From a bacterium (GTDB lineage Bacteria > Patescibacteriota > Microgenomatia > UBA8517), in assembly GCA_030583725.1 (NCBI GenBank), contig CP129472.1, forward strand, positions 465,902-529,901: DNA of 64,000 nucleotides, in the 5' to 3' direction. Positions 35,691 to 45,009 of the stretch are shown here, piece by piece; position 1 is the first letter of the stretch, and each line of letters starts with the position of its first letter. A program made the translations under genes and the position numbers. Below the pieces are notes generated by a model that was not told the origin of the DNA, did not search any database, and worked only from the letters and a program-made list of their open reading frames with translations.

Positions 35691-38096
35691 TTATCTCCAA
35701 GAGTTAAACCAATAATAACTTTCGTCTAGCCAAACTGGAATTCTTAATCCCGTCCAGTGAGGGTAAAAATAAATAAATAATATAAAACTAACCCCAAAGA
35801 AGTAAGGGATTATTTTGGGATAACGACGAAGAACAAATCCACTAGCGATAGCTAAAAATGGAATCGATGGGAGGTAGTGATATAAAAACATAATCCTAGG
35901 ACTGGCCAGCCAAGGAATAAAAAAAATCAAATAACTAAACACCACAAAACCCAACTTCTTGTTCTTTTCTATATATGAAATTGCAATTGATAAAATTATA
36001 GAAAATAGACCAAACCAAAAAACGATTGGGTTACCCAAGGCATAAATCTTTGCAACCTGGTCATCAATCACCTTTCCGTCATATAAATATAAAGGTCTTA
36101 CAAGTAAGGGCCAAGACCAAGCAGGTGACGTATAAGGGTGCTGGGCTTCAAGATTTGTATGGTACCACCACATTTGCTTTTGGACCTCAATAAATTGTCC
36201 CCAAGTGTGTCCAGTTTTAAACATCAAGCCATAACTTGCTACATAAATTGCCAGTGGAATAACCAAGAAAGAAAGATATGAATAAGAAATTTTCTTTCTA
36301 AACACAAAATGAGAAATAAATATAATTGGTAATGTATAAATAGCTGACCACTTAGAAGCAATTGCCAAACCAAAAACTACTGCTGACATAAAATTCCTAT
36401 TTTTTGCAAAAAGATATACGGACAACAACGAGAAGAACAATACATAGACATCATTCATTCCCATCCTGCTTAGGACTAAAGGCAAGCCTTCTAAACTAAA
36501 CACGCCAGCAGATAAAATACCAACCAGCCTGTCTTTGAAAATTAAGACAGACAATAAATATATTAAATAGATTGATAAAGTCCCCAATACTGCCTGAGGA
36601 ATTCTCCAACCAAAAGAATTTTCACCAAATAACTTCATTCCTAAAGTCATACCTAATTTTGAAAGAGGTGGATGTGTCCATTCATATGCAAATCCCTCGG
36701 GGTGTGGATTCCACCACTCCCAGGCTTTTGGGTCATTATGTAGTACTAATTTTGCCGTAAATGAATGATAAATCTCATCAAAGTACATTTCTTTAATGCT
36801 CCCCAGCGAATATATTCTCGAGGCAAAACTGAAAACTAAAATTATGACAAGTAAAATTTTGGTTTTTTTAACTGATATGTCTGATGTTTCAAACACTTTG
36901 GTAAAACTATTTCTTTTAAAATTAACATTCAAGCTATATTTAAATTTTTTAAAGATTGCGGTGATAGACAATAACAATAGTGAAATGTTGGTGACAATGA
37001 AAAACTTAATTAGAAAGGGATTAAATACTTCTTTAAAGTTTTTTGATATCCACTGAAAAGCATAGTATAAATTGGCAAGATAAGTTACAGACAACCCACC
37101 ATAAACAACAAGTAATATTGGTGCATTTACAGAGGCTACAACTAGGGGAGCAAAAACTGGCAATAAATGTCTTTCGTGAATTCTTGTTAGAAACAAAAAA
37201 GTAATAAGTAGAGAAAGACTCGCAATCAGGTATTCTCCATTTGCAGTTCTCTTTTTATAAACAACCAAGGTAACTAACGTAACCAAAATAATTGACACTC
37301 CCAAACCTATCCATACTGTTATATTATCCGGCCTCCAAAACCCAAAAAGACCCCAAAAAGAAAATGCATTTACTGAACCATATGGATACTGGCCAGATGA
37401 AATAGAGAATCTTTCCAAGATAAAATCAATTAGGTTGGACTTGTTGTTAAATGGTATAAACCCTAAGACAAAAACAGACAACCCCACGACAGAATAGTTA
37501 AGATATTCAACTAGTTTCTTTCTCTGAGTAATGAACAGGTACAAAATGGCGGGTAAAACAAAGGCTGCTTGTGGTTTGACTAAGGTACCCAGTGCTAAAG
37601 CAACTGCAGAGACAAACAGATTTTTTGAAAACATATATATAGCAAAAAGAGAGAATAGCGCAGTTAAACTATCAACTTGACCCCAAAGTGACGAGTTTGC
37701 AAAAACAGCTGGATTAAAAAGATATAGAGCTGATGCCATAAGAGCTATTTTTTTCCCCTTAATTTCATTTACTATTCTGTAGATTAGATAACCTGTTAAA
37801 ACGTCAGAAATAATGGCTGGAAACTTAAAAATAACAATTTGGAGTTCTGGTAAAAATAAATTTATCTTGGCTAGTAAAAACAAAACATAAAGGTAGCCAG
37901 GGAAATAATCGGACCAACTGTTATAAAAGTTTTTAAAACCTGAGTCTGACAAAGAGTTGCCCCAGGCAACAAAAGTTCCATAGTCTAATTCTAGTGTTCC
38001 GAAGTTGGCTAAAAAAATTCTAAAAACTAAAGCAGAAAAAAAGACCATTAAGATGTTAAAATCTAAAGAATGAAAGTAGTTTTTAAGTTTTTGCAT
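35691..38096 (-). CDS. polytopic GT-C glycosyltransferase, apparent fusion of two GT-C modules (C-terminal module PMT/GT39-like with DE motif)
   Basis: 801 aa with more than 20 predicted transmembrane helices. The second module starts near residue 405; YFDEIYH sits just after its first transmembrane segment, as in PMT/ArnT-type enzymes. Confidence 0.65.
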   Translation of the reverse strand: MQKLKNYFHSLDFNILMVFFSALVFRIFLANFGTLELDYGTFVAWGNSLSDSGFKNFYNSWSDYFPGYLYVLFLLAKINLFLPELQIVIFKFPAIISDVLTGYLIYRIVNEIKGKKIALMASALYLFNPAVFANSSLWGQVDSLTALFSLFAIYMFSKNLFVSAVALALGTLVKPQAAFVLPAILYLFITQRKKLVEYLNYSVVGLSVFVLGFIPFNNKSNLIDFILERFSISSGQYPYGSVNAFSFWGLFGFWRPDNITVWIGLGVSIILVTLVTLVVYKKRTANGEYLIASLSLLITFLFLTRIHERHLLPVFAPLVVASVNAPILLVVYGGLSVTYLANLYYAFQWISKNFKEVFNPFLIKFFIVTNISLLLLSITAIFKKFKYSLNVNFKRNSFTKVFETSDISVKKTKILLVIILVFSFASRIYSLGSIKEMYFDEIYHSFTAKLVLHNDPKAWEWWNPHPEGFAYEWTHPPLSKLGMTLGMKLFGENSFGWRIPQAVLGTLSIYLIYLLSVLIFKDRLVGILSAGVFSLEGLPLVLSRMGMNDVYVLFFSLLSVYLFAKNRNFMSAVVFGLAIASKWSAIYTLPIIFISHFVFRKKISYSYLSFLVIPLAIYVASYGLMFKTGHTWGQFIEVQKQMWWYHTNLEAQHPYTSPAWSWPLLVRPLYLYDGKVIDDQVAKIYALGNPIVFWFGLFSIILSIAISYIEKNKKLGFVVFSYLIFFIPWLASPRIMFLYHYLPSIPFLAIASGFVLRRYPKIIPYFFGVSFILFIYFYPHWTGLRIPVWLDESYYWFNSWR

Positions 38097-39233
38097 ATAT
38101 TAGTCCCTGTTTTACTTTTTATTGGAACTTTTCTAATTTATAAAAATATCTATTCTGAACCAAGAAACTGGTATGACCACTATTTATACCTAACAAAGTC
38201 AATTATCGTGGGTAAGGTGGACATACCTGACCTGCCATCATTTTATCACGACAAGATAGAATTTGAAGGTAGAAATTACATACCTTTCCCCCCAGGTGCA
38301 TCGTTTTTACTCGTTCCTTTTGTATTACTAAAAAACGATATAACACAACAAGTAGTCTCTATTTTAATAGGGGCATTAAATGTATCCCTAATTTATTTTC
38401 TGTTAATGCATTTTACATCAAGGATAAACTCAGTACTTCTTTCATTATTCTTTGCATTTGGCACAGTAGCTTTTTGGTCATCTATCGTTGGAACAACTTG
38501 GTTTTTTGCCCATACTGTTGCCATATTCTTTATTTTAATATCATTAATATTCCATTTTAAAAAGTTGCATTTTATTTCCGGAGTTTTTTTTGCACTTGCT
38601 GCTTTGACAAGAATACCAATTATCTTAGCTGGACTATTTTTCCTTCTGGAACTGCTTAAACAAAAAAAGAAACTTGCCATATTCTTACTTGGTGCTTTTG
38701 TTTTTGTACCCATCTATTTGGGATACAACTGGATGAGGTTTGGAAATGTTTTTGAGAACGGGTACAAGCAAGTATATCAGCAATACAAGGACTCTAGCTT
38801 AAAATATTCTACTGGAAACAACTTTGGTTACTTCAATATTAAAAATGTTCCACTTCATTTATATACCTTTCTAGTTATGCCCCCTGACGTAAAAATATTA
38901 GATGGAAACATAACCGATCTTAAACCCTCGCCATTTGGAATGGGTATCATTTTTACTTCACCTTTGTTATTACTTGTCTTGTGGCCCAAGTTTAAAAATA
39001 AGATTGAAAGAAGTTCATATCTTTCTGCAATATTATGTTCATTGCCAGGTTTGTTACATTACTCTCAAGGGTGGGTGCAATTTGGCTACAGGTTTGTTTT
39101 AGATTTTATTGTTTTTCTTATGATTGTCTTAAGTCTTCGTTTTAAATTAAATATTTTTAACCTTGCCCTAATTATTATTTCTGTTATCGTTAATTTTTGG
39201 GGAGTATTATGGGCAATTCAATTAGGTTGGTAA
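38070..39233 (+). CDS. GT-C-type membrane glycosyltransferase (paralog A)
   Basis: 387 aa and polytopic. The C-terminal QFGYRFVLDF motif is shared with the next gene. Confidence 0.55.
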   Translation: MKVVFKFLHILVPVLLFIGTFLIYKNIYSEPRNWYDHYLYLTKSIIVGKVDIPDLPSFYHDKIEFEGRNYIPFPPGASFLLVPFVLLKNDITQQVVSILIGALNVSLIYFLLMHFTSRINSVLLSLFFAFGTVAFWSSIVGTTWFFAHTVAIFFILISLIFHFKKLHFISGVFFALAALTRIPIILAGLFFLLELLKQKKKLAIFLLGAFVFVPIYLGYNWMRFGNVFENGYKQVYQQYKDSSLKYSTGNNFGYFNIKNVPLHLYTFLVMPPDVKILDGNITDLKPSPFGMGIIFTSPLLLLVLWPKFKNKIERSSYLSAILCSLPGLLHYSQGWVQFGYRFVLDFIVFLMIVLSLRFKLNIFNLALIIISVIVNFWGVLWAIQLGW

Positions 39234-40396
39234 TTATGCGTCATAGAATTAAGTTGATAATATTATTATTAGCAATTGGATTATTTATAATTTATCTTTT
39301 CACCTCAGGAGGGAACACACCATTTAACCACTTTGTGTTATTGGCTGATGCTTTTTTAAAGGGTAACTTTTTTGTTGAGGGCATATACCCTTGGATTGAA
39401 AAAGCACCACTTGATGAGTATAGGTTTTTTATAGTTAATCCACCAATGCCTGCAATTTTACTAATCCCGTTTGTCAAAATATGGAGTTTAAATTTCCCAC
39501 AGCATATTTTTGCACACATAATTGGGGTTTTACTTACTGTTTCCACGTTTTATATGTCGATGATAATTAAAAAAGATTTAAGACTTGCAATTTGGTCAGC
39601 AATATTAATCGGTTTGGGAAGTATTGTCTGGTTTCTTTCAAGCGTTGGATCTGTCTGGTACTTAGGCCAAATAACAATGGCCCTATTTCTAACCTTATTA
39701 ATAAATGAGGCCTTAGTTAAAAAAAGACCTATTGTTATGGGAATCTTGTTGGGATGTGCCTATTTATCAAGAGTTCATTTGATACTAACCTTTCCAATAT
39801 TTGCTTATATACTTTGGCAAAAAAATAAGAGGTTAAATTCAATTTTTTACTTTGGTTTGACTTTTTCATTATTTTTTTTCTTTGACATGTTTTACAACTT
39901 TAGTAGATATGGTTCGTTTTTCAACCAAGGATACTTTTTAATTCCAGGAACTGAAAATGAACCATGGTTTGCAAAAGGCATTATGCATCCAAGTTATATT
40001 TTGGAGGACTTAAAAATAGCGTTTTTGGCAATGCCAAAAGTTATAAGTGAATTCCCATACATTCGTCCTTCGTGGGCAGGTATGGCAATATGGCTTACTA
40101 CTCCAGCCTTTATTTTTGCCTTTGGTGCAAAATGGAAAGATTTAACCACCAAGCTATTTAGCCTAGCGATTCTTTTAATATTTATAGTAGTGGGAATCCA
40201 CGGAGGAACGGGGTTTGCCCAATTTGGATATAGATTTGCAGTAGATTTTTATCCCTTTCTAACCTTTCTAACTATTAAGGGTGTTGCAAATTATGATGGT
40301 CCCAAGAAAATCCACTGGATACTATTGTTCGTGGGTATACTAGTCAATTTTTGGGGAGTTGTTTGGATTAATAAGTTTGGGTGGGTTGGGTGGTAA
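39197..40396 (+). CDS. GT-C-type membrane glycosyltransferase (paralog B)
   Basis: 399 aa and polytopic. FAQFGYRFAVDF parallels the paralog A motif. The first-loop sequence IEKAPLDEYRFFIVNPPMPAILLIPF is similar to FEGRNYIPFPPGASFLLVPF in paralog A. Confidence 0.55.
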   Translation: MGSIMGNSIRLVIMRHRIKLIILLLAIGLFIIYLFTSGGNTPFNHFVLLADAFLKGNFFVEGIYPWIEKAPLDEYRFFIVNPPMPAILLIPFVKIWSLNFPQHIFAHIIGVLLTVSTFYMSMIIKKDLRLAIWSAILIGLGSIVWFLSSVGSVWYLGQITMALFLTLLINEALVKKRPIVMGILLGCAYLSRVHLILTFPIFAYILWQKNKRLNSIFYFGLTFSLFFFFDMFYNFSRYGSFFNQGYFLIPGTENEPWFAKGIMHPSYILEDLKIAFLAMPKVISEFPYIRPSWAGMAIWLTTPAFIFAFGAKWKDLTTKLFSLAILLIFIVVGIHGGTGFAQFGYRFAVDFYPFLTFLTIKGVANYDGPKKIHWILLFVGILVNFWGVVWINKFGWVGW

Positions 40397-41315
40397 CCAG
40401 AAGCTCTTGTTTAAGCCAATTTTGAAACTCTATCCAAGAACCAGATGAGGGCAGAAATACATATTGTCTATCATATCTTCTGTCATCCTGAGAAACAGTA
40501 AACATCTCTTCAGGTATGGATAAGAATTTGACGCTATCCCTTGCATCGTAGACAAATTTTATCAAAGCTATTGACCTATCAAAACTAATGTCGGTTTCAA
40601 GATGAGAGAGAACTGTATTATAGACACCCCGAACAACTTTAAAATCTAAAAATACTTTCCAAGATAACATTTTTTCTTTTATGGCTGATATTACATTTTG
40701 TTGTCTTTTTTCTCTGGCAAGCTCAGATCCCTCATCCAAAACTGCATTTCTACTTCTTACAAACTTTAGGGCAGTTTCACCATCCATAATTTGTTTTCCC
40801 TCAGTAAACTGCACTGTTTCGTATCTGCATGCGTAGGTACGATCTCCGTCACACAAATCATTTTCTTTGCCAGCAATCGGGTACTTTTCATCAACAAAAG
40901 ATTTATCAACATCAACCTCAATTCCACCCACTACGTCTATTAAATCCGTAAAGAGGGTAAAGTCTACGACTAGAAAATTGTCAGGAGTAAAACCCGTAAC
41001 CGACTTGACACTTTCTCCCGCCATTTCAAAACCACCATAGTGATAAGCAGTATTTAGTTTTGCTCTAATTGCAGTTATCCATATGTCTCGAGGTAAAGAC
41101 AAGACACCAACTGATTTATTATCACTATCAAAGTGGACCACCATTATTGTATCTGTCAAGTTGGGTGCAATATGTCCCTCACCTCCTTTACCTAGAATCA
41201 AAATTGTTTGATTGTCTGTTACTTTTGGTAGACTTTTAAAGGTAAAGTATCCAGCAAGGGTAGTTGAAACTACCATAATCAACAGAAATAGGAGAACAAA
41301 TTTAAAGACCCGCAT
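40368..41315 (-). CDS. LytR-CpsA-Psr (LCP) family glycopolymer phosphotransferase
   Basis: N-terminal transmembrane segment. ILILGKGG...DTIMVVHFD....LSLPRDIWI matches the LCP core. Confidence 0.75.
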   Translation of the reverse strand: MRVFKFVLLFLLIMVVSTTLAGYFTFKSLPKVTDNQTILILGKGGEGHIAPNLTDTIMVVHFDSDNKSVGVLSLPRDIWITAIRAKLNTAYHYGGFEMAGESVKSVTGFTPDNFLVVDFTLFTDLIDVVGGIEVDVDKSFVDEKYPIAGKENDLCDGDRTYACRYETVQFTEGKQIMDGETALKFVRSRNAVLDEGSELAREKRQQNVISAIKEKMLSWKVFLDFKVVRGVYNTVLSHLETDISFDRSIALIKFVYDARDSVKFLSIPEEMFTVSQDDRRYDRQYVFLPSSGSWIEFQNWLKQELLVTTQPTQTY

Positions 41316-41353
41316 GTTAATATTGTATTTGCTTAAAGTAAGATATACAAGTT

Positions 41354-43183
41354 ATGGATAATTTAAATAAACAGCAGATTGAGGCGGTGGAATATGTAAA
41401 CGGTCCACTATTGGTACTTGCTGGCGCAGGTTCAGGAAAGACCAAAGTTTTAACACATAGGGTAATACATTTAATTAACAAAAAACTTGTTAATCCAGAA
41501 AACTGTCTCCTTTTAACTTTTACCAACAAGGCCGCCAAAGAGATGAATGAAAGGATGGGTGATATTAATTTGGGGTTTGCTGGTACTTTTCATGGTTTTA
41601 GTGTTAGGGTTCTCCGAGCTGATGGTAAAGCCATTGGGATTGATCAAAACTTTTTAATATATGATGACAATGACCAAAAGGACTTGATTAAAGATATTGT
41701 TAATAAATTAAATATCAAGGATTCTGTTAAACCTGCTTCTATTCTTTACTCTATAAGTGAAATAAAAAACCAGATGCTTACTCCAAGCAGTTATGCAGAA
41801 ATTGCTGTTGGTGATTTTGGTAGAACAGTTGCAGATGTTTACTTTGAATATGAAAAAAAGTTAAAAGAAATAAATGCATTAGATTTTGATGATTTGTTAA
41901 TAAAAACAGTTTTGCTTTTTGAAGTTCCTGAAGTTATCAATAAGTGGAGAAATAGAATTAAACAAATATTTGTTGATGAATGGCAAGACACCAATAAAAT
42001 ACAGTATAGGCTAATTAGACTGTTGGACGGCAATAGGGGAATTGTTACTGCTGTGGGTGATAGTAGTCAATCGATTTACAGTTGGCGTGGCGCAGATTAT
42101 AGAAACATAAATCTATTAATTAAAGACTATCCCCAGATAAAAGTTGTTAATTTGGAGCAAAACTACCGCAGTACACAAAACATCTTGGAAGCTGCAAATT
42201 CTGTAATATCAAAAAACACCAGTCATCCAATTTTGAAACTTTGGACAGAAAAGGGATTGGGTGAAAAGATATCGATTTACTCCGCAAGGAGCGGTTTTGA
42301 TGAAGCAGAATACCTATCTCGAGAAATTACAAGAACTGTCAAGGTCGGTAAAAACAAATACTTAGACATTGCAGTTTTATATAGAACAAATGCACAATCC
42401 CGTGTCATAGAAGAAGCCTTGTTACATTCTGGAATTCCATACACATTAATCGGCGGTGTAAGGTTCTATGACCGAAAAGAAATTAAGGACATACTTTCAT
42501 ACCTTAGGTTAATTGCCAATCCTAAGGATATAGTTTCTCAAAAAAGAGCTCTGGCATTAGGCAAGCGTAGGTTTGAAAAATTTCAAAGTATTAATGTTGA
42601 TACAGAAACACATACAACTCTTGAAATAATGGATATTATCCTTGCAAAAACTGAGTACTTAACTAAGTTCAAGGAGGTTGACCCAGAAGACGCAGAACGT
42701 TTGGAAAACATAAAGGAGTTTAGATCTGTTGCCATTGAGTTTCCAAATATATATGACTTTTTGGAAAATACAGCCCTAGTCGAAGCTGGCTCAAACAAAA
42801 ATAGTAATAAAAATGCTATTACACTAATGACTCTTCACTCAGCAAAAGGTTTAGAATTTCCAATTGTTTTTATGGTTGGAATGGAAGAAGGATTGTTTCC
42901 TCATTCAAGATCACTTTGGGAAAAAGATCAAATGGAGGAAGAAAGAAGGCTTTGTTATGTTGGAATAACCAGAGCCAAAGAAGTACTATATATGACCTAT
43001 GCCAGTAAACGACTTTTTTACGGTGAAACATCTTCTAACTCACCAAGCAGGTTTTTGTCAGACATACCTGAAGAATTGTTAAATGGTAGAATCGAAACGG
43101 TTGCAGGAAATAGTGATAATGATTCACAAATCAGCGATAATGACCTTAATTTCGATGATATACTAGATAAGTATTTAAAATGA
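41354..43183 (+). CDS. UvrD/PcrA-family ATP-dependent DNA helicase (short)
   Basis: Walker A AGAGSGKTKVLT, motifs DEWQDTN and VGDSSQSIYSWRGA. Length is 609 aa. Confidence 0.85.
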   Translation: MDNLNKQQIEAVEYVNGPLLVLAGAGSGKTKVLTHRVIHLINKKLVNPENCLLLTFTNKAAKEMNERMGDINLGFAGTFHGFSVRVLRADGKAIGIDQNFLIYDDNDQKDLIKDIVNKLNIKDSVKPASILYSISEIKNQMLTPSSYAEIAVGDFGRTVADVYFEYEKKLKEINALDFDDLLIKTVLLFEVPEVINKWRNRIKQIFVDEWQDTNKIQYRLIRLLDGNRGIVTAVGDSSQSIYSWRGADYRNINLLIKDYPQIKVVNLEQNYRSTQNILEAANSVISKNTSHPILKLWTEKGLGEKISIYSARSGFDEAEYLSREITRTVKVGKNKYLDIAVLYRTNAQSRVIEEALLHSGIPYTLIGGVRFYDRKEIKDILSYLRLIANPKDIVSQKRALALGKRRFEKFQSINVDTETHTTLEIMDIILAKTEYLTKFKEVDPEDAERLENIKEFRSVAIEFPNIYDFLENTALVEAGSNKNSNKNAITLMTLHSAKGLEFPIVFMVGMEEGLFPHSRSLWEKDQMEEERRLCYVGITRAKEVLYMTYASKRLFYGETSSNSPSRFLSDIPEELLNGRIETVAGNSDNDSQISDNDLNFDDILDKYLK

Positions 43184-44079
43184 TGGACAAGCATCCACTA
43201 CAAACCAGAGAATGGGGAGAGTTTAGGAGAGAGTGGGGGAATATTGTTGAATTTTCAAAAGCTGGACTTATTATATTTAGTAAAATTCCACACACCAATT
43301 ACACAATTGGAACATTAATACGAGGAGAAAAACCCACAAAGACAGACTTGGACACAATTCAAAAAGAATCAGAAAAGCATAATGCCATCTTTGTAAAACT
43401 TGAGCCAAATGTGTTATGGGAAAAGAAACTAGAAAGCAGTTTTCGGGAGTGGGGACTTGTTCAAGGTAAAACACTATTTACCCCAACTTCTTTTTGGATA
43501 GATCTAAAATTAAGTGAAGATGAACTATTGAAGTCATTTACAAGTAAAACTAGGTATAACATAAGGTTGGCACAAAGATATGGCATAGAAGTCAAAATAG
43601 ACAACAGTGACGAGGCTTTTGAAAAATATTTAAAATTGACAGAAGAAACAAACAAAAGACAAGGATTTTACTCACACACACCAAAATATCACAAGCTAAT
43701 GTGGAAGCACTTAAAGAGAAGTGTTGCAAACTTAATGACTGCAACATACAACAACGAGATAGTTTCTACCTGGATTTTGTTTAACAACAAGGACTTCCTT
43801 TACTATCCATATGGGGCTTCAACTAATAAATACAAAGAGATTATGGCCAATAATCTAATGATGTGGGAGGCAATAAGGTTTGGTAAAGTCAAAGGTTTAA
43901 AAACGTTTGACTTGTGGGGCAGGGAAATTGGTACAGGCTTTACTAGATTTAAGGAAGGATATAACCCAAAAGTTGTTGAGTTTGTTGGTAGTTGGGACTT
44001 GGTGGTTAATAGACCAGTATATTTCCTATATAGAATCCTTGAAAAAATTAGATGGTTTATACTTCGCCTTAAAAAATGA
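43180..44079 (+). CDS. FemAB-family peptidyl-transferase (peptidoglycan interpeptide bridge formation), half-size
   Basis: N-terminus ...TREWGEFRREWG, and the FemAB-like central region YNIRLAQRYGIEV. 4-nt overlap with the neighbouring gene. Confidence 0.6.
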   Translation: MMDKHPLQTREWGEFRREWGNIVEFSKAGLIIFSKIPHTNYTIGTLIRGEKPTKTDLDTIQKESEKHNAIFVKLEPNVLWEKKLESSFREWGLVQGKTLFTPTSFWIDLKLSEDELLKSFTSKTRYNIRLAQRYGIEVKIDNSDEAFEKYLKLTEETNKRQGFYSHTPKYHKLMWKHLKRSVANLMTATYNNEIVSTWILFNNKDFLYYPYGASTNKYKEIMANNLMMWEAIRFGKVKGLKTFDLWGREIGTGFTRFKEGYNPKVVEFVGSWDLVVNRPVYFLYRILEKIRWFILRLKK

Positions 44080-44978
44080 TTGCTAAAAAACAATATCTTC
44101 AAGATATAAGACAATCAGAAAACTATGCAAGATACTTAGAATCACAAGGATGGATTGTAGAGAGAATAAACAATATTAACTATTTTATTAAAAAGATTCC
44201 ATTTTTAGGCTCAGTTTTGAAGATCCAAAGGCCTAAAAAGATTGATTTTGGGGTAATAACAAACATAGAAAAAAAATATAGAGTATTTCAAACAATAATT
44301 GAGCCCGATTTAGCCTTCACCAACAGCTTCGTTTCTTACCATAGTTTATTACTACAAAATAGATTTAGATTGTCAAAAAATCCATTTTTACCTTCAAAAA
44401 CTATACACATAGATTTAATACAAAGTAGAGACCAGATTTTCCGTAATTTTTCGAAAGATTGTAAATACTCAATCAGAAAAGGGGAGGGGTTAGAGATTAA
44501 AAAATGCTCAACCCCCGATGAAATTAAATCTTTTCATAATGCATGGAAAAAGTCTGCAAACTTTAACCGGTATGTACCAAGTATCGAGACGCTCGTAAAT
44601 TTAAACCGAAGTTTCCCACAATCCAAGTCTCTATTCCTTACGTCGCACAATAAATCTGGCAGTATTATAGGGGGAGCGATTTTCACGGTCTCTTTACACG
44701 GTGTATCTAACTATATCACACATTATTGGCAAGGTTTTACTAATAAGGAAGGACGCACTTCCCTCTCCCAGTACTCTCTTCTCTATCAAGGTATACTATG
44801 GGGTAAAAAGATGGGTTGTAAAGTTTTTGATTTTGAAGGTATATATGATGAGCGCTTCCCAAATAAATCATGGCTCGGCTTTACCCACTTTAAAAAACAG
44901 TTTGGTGGAAAAGAAGTCCTCTACCCTGGATGTTATAGCCGATTTCGGATATATAACTTATTTCGGTTTTGGAAATAA
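44076..44978 (+). CDS. FemAB-family paralog
   Basis: Second 300-aa protein with the same architecture, including YSIRKGEGLEIK, as an acyl-transferase-fold tandem partner. Confidence 0.5.
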   Translation: MIAKKQYLQDIRQSENYARYLESQGWIVERINNINYFIKKIPFLGSVLKIQRPKKIDFGVITNIEKKYRVFQTIIEPDLAFTNSFVSYHSLLLQNRFRLSKNPFLPSKTIHIDLIQSRDQIFRNFSKDCKYSIRKGEGLEIKKCSTPDEIKSFHNAWKKSANFNRYVPSIETLVNLNRSFPQSKSLFLTSHNKSGSIIGGAIFTVSLHGVSNYITHYWQGFTNKEGRTSLSQYSLLYQGILWGKKMGCKVFDFEGIYDERFPNKSWLGFTHFKKQFGGKEVLYPGCYSRFRIYNLFRFWK

Positions 44979-45009
44979 GGATATATACTAAATTCAGGCT
45001 ACCTAGCTC

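Noticed and set aside
38070-38096. 27-nt head-to-head overlap of the divergent GT-C genes
   Set aside because: This is probably a start-codon choice artefact. The 801-aa gene has an alternative Met 16 codons in (MVFFSALV) that removes the overlap.
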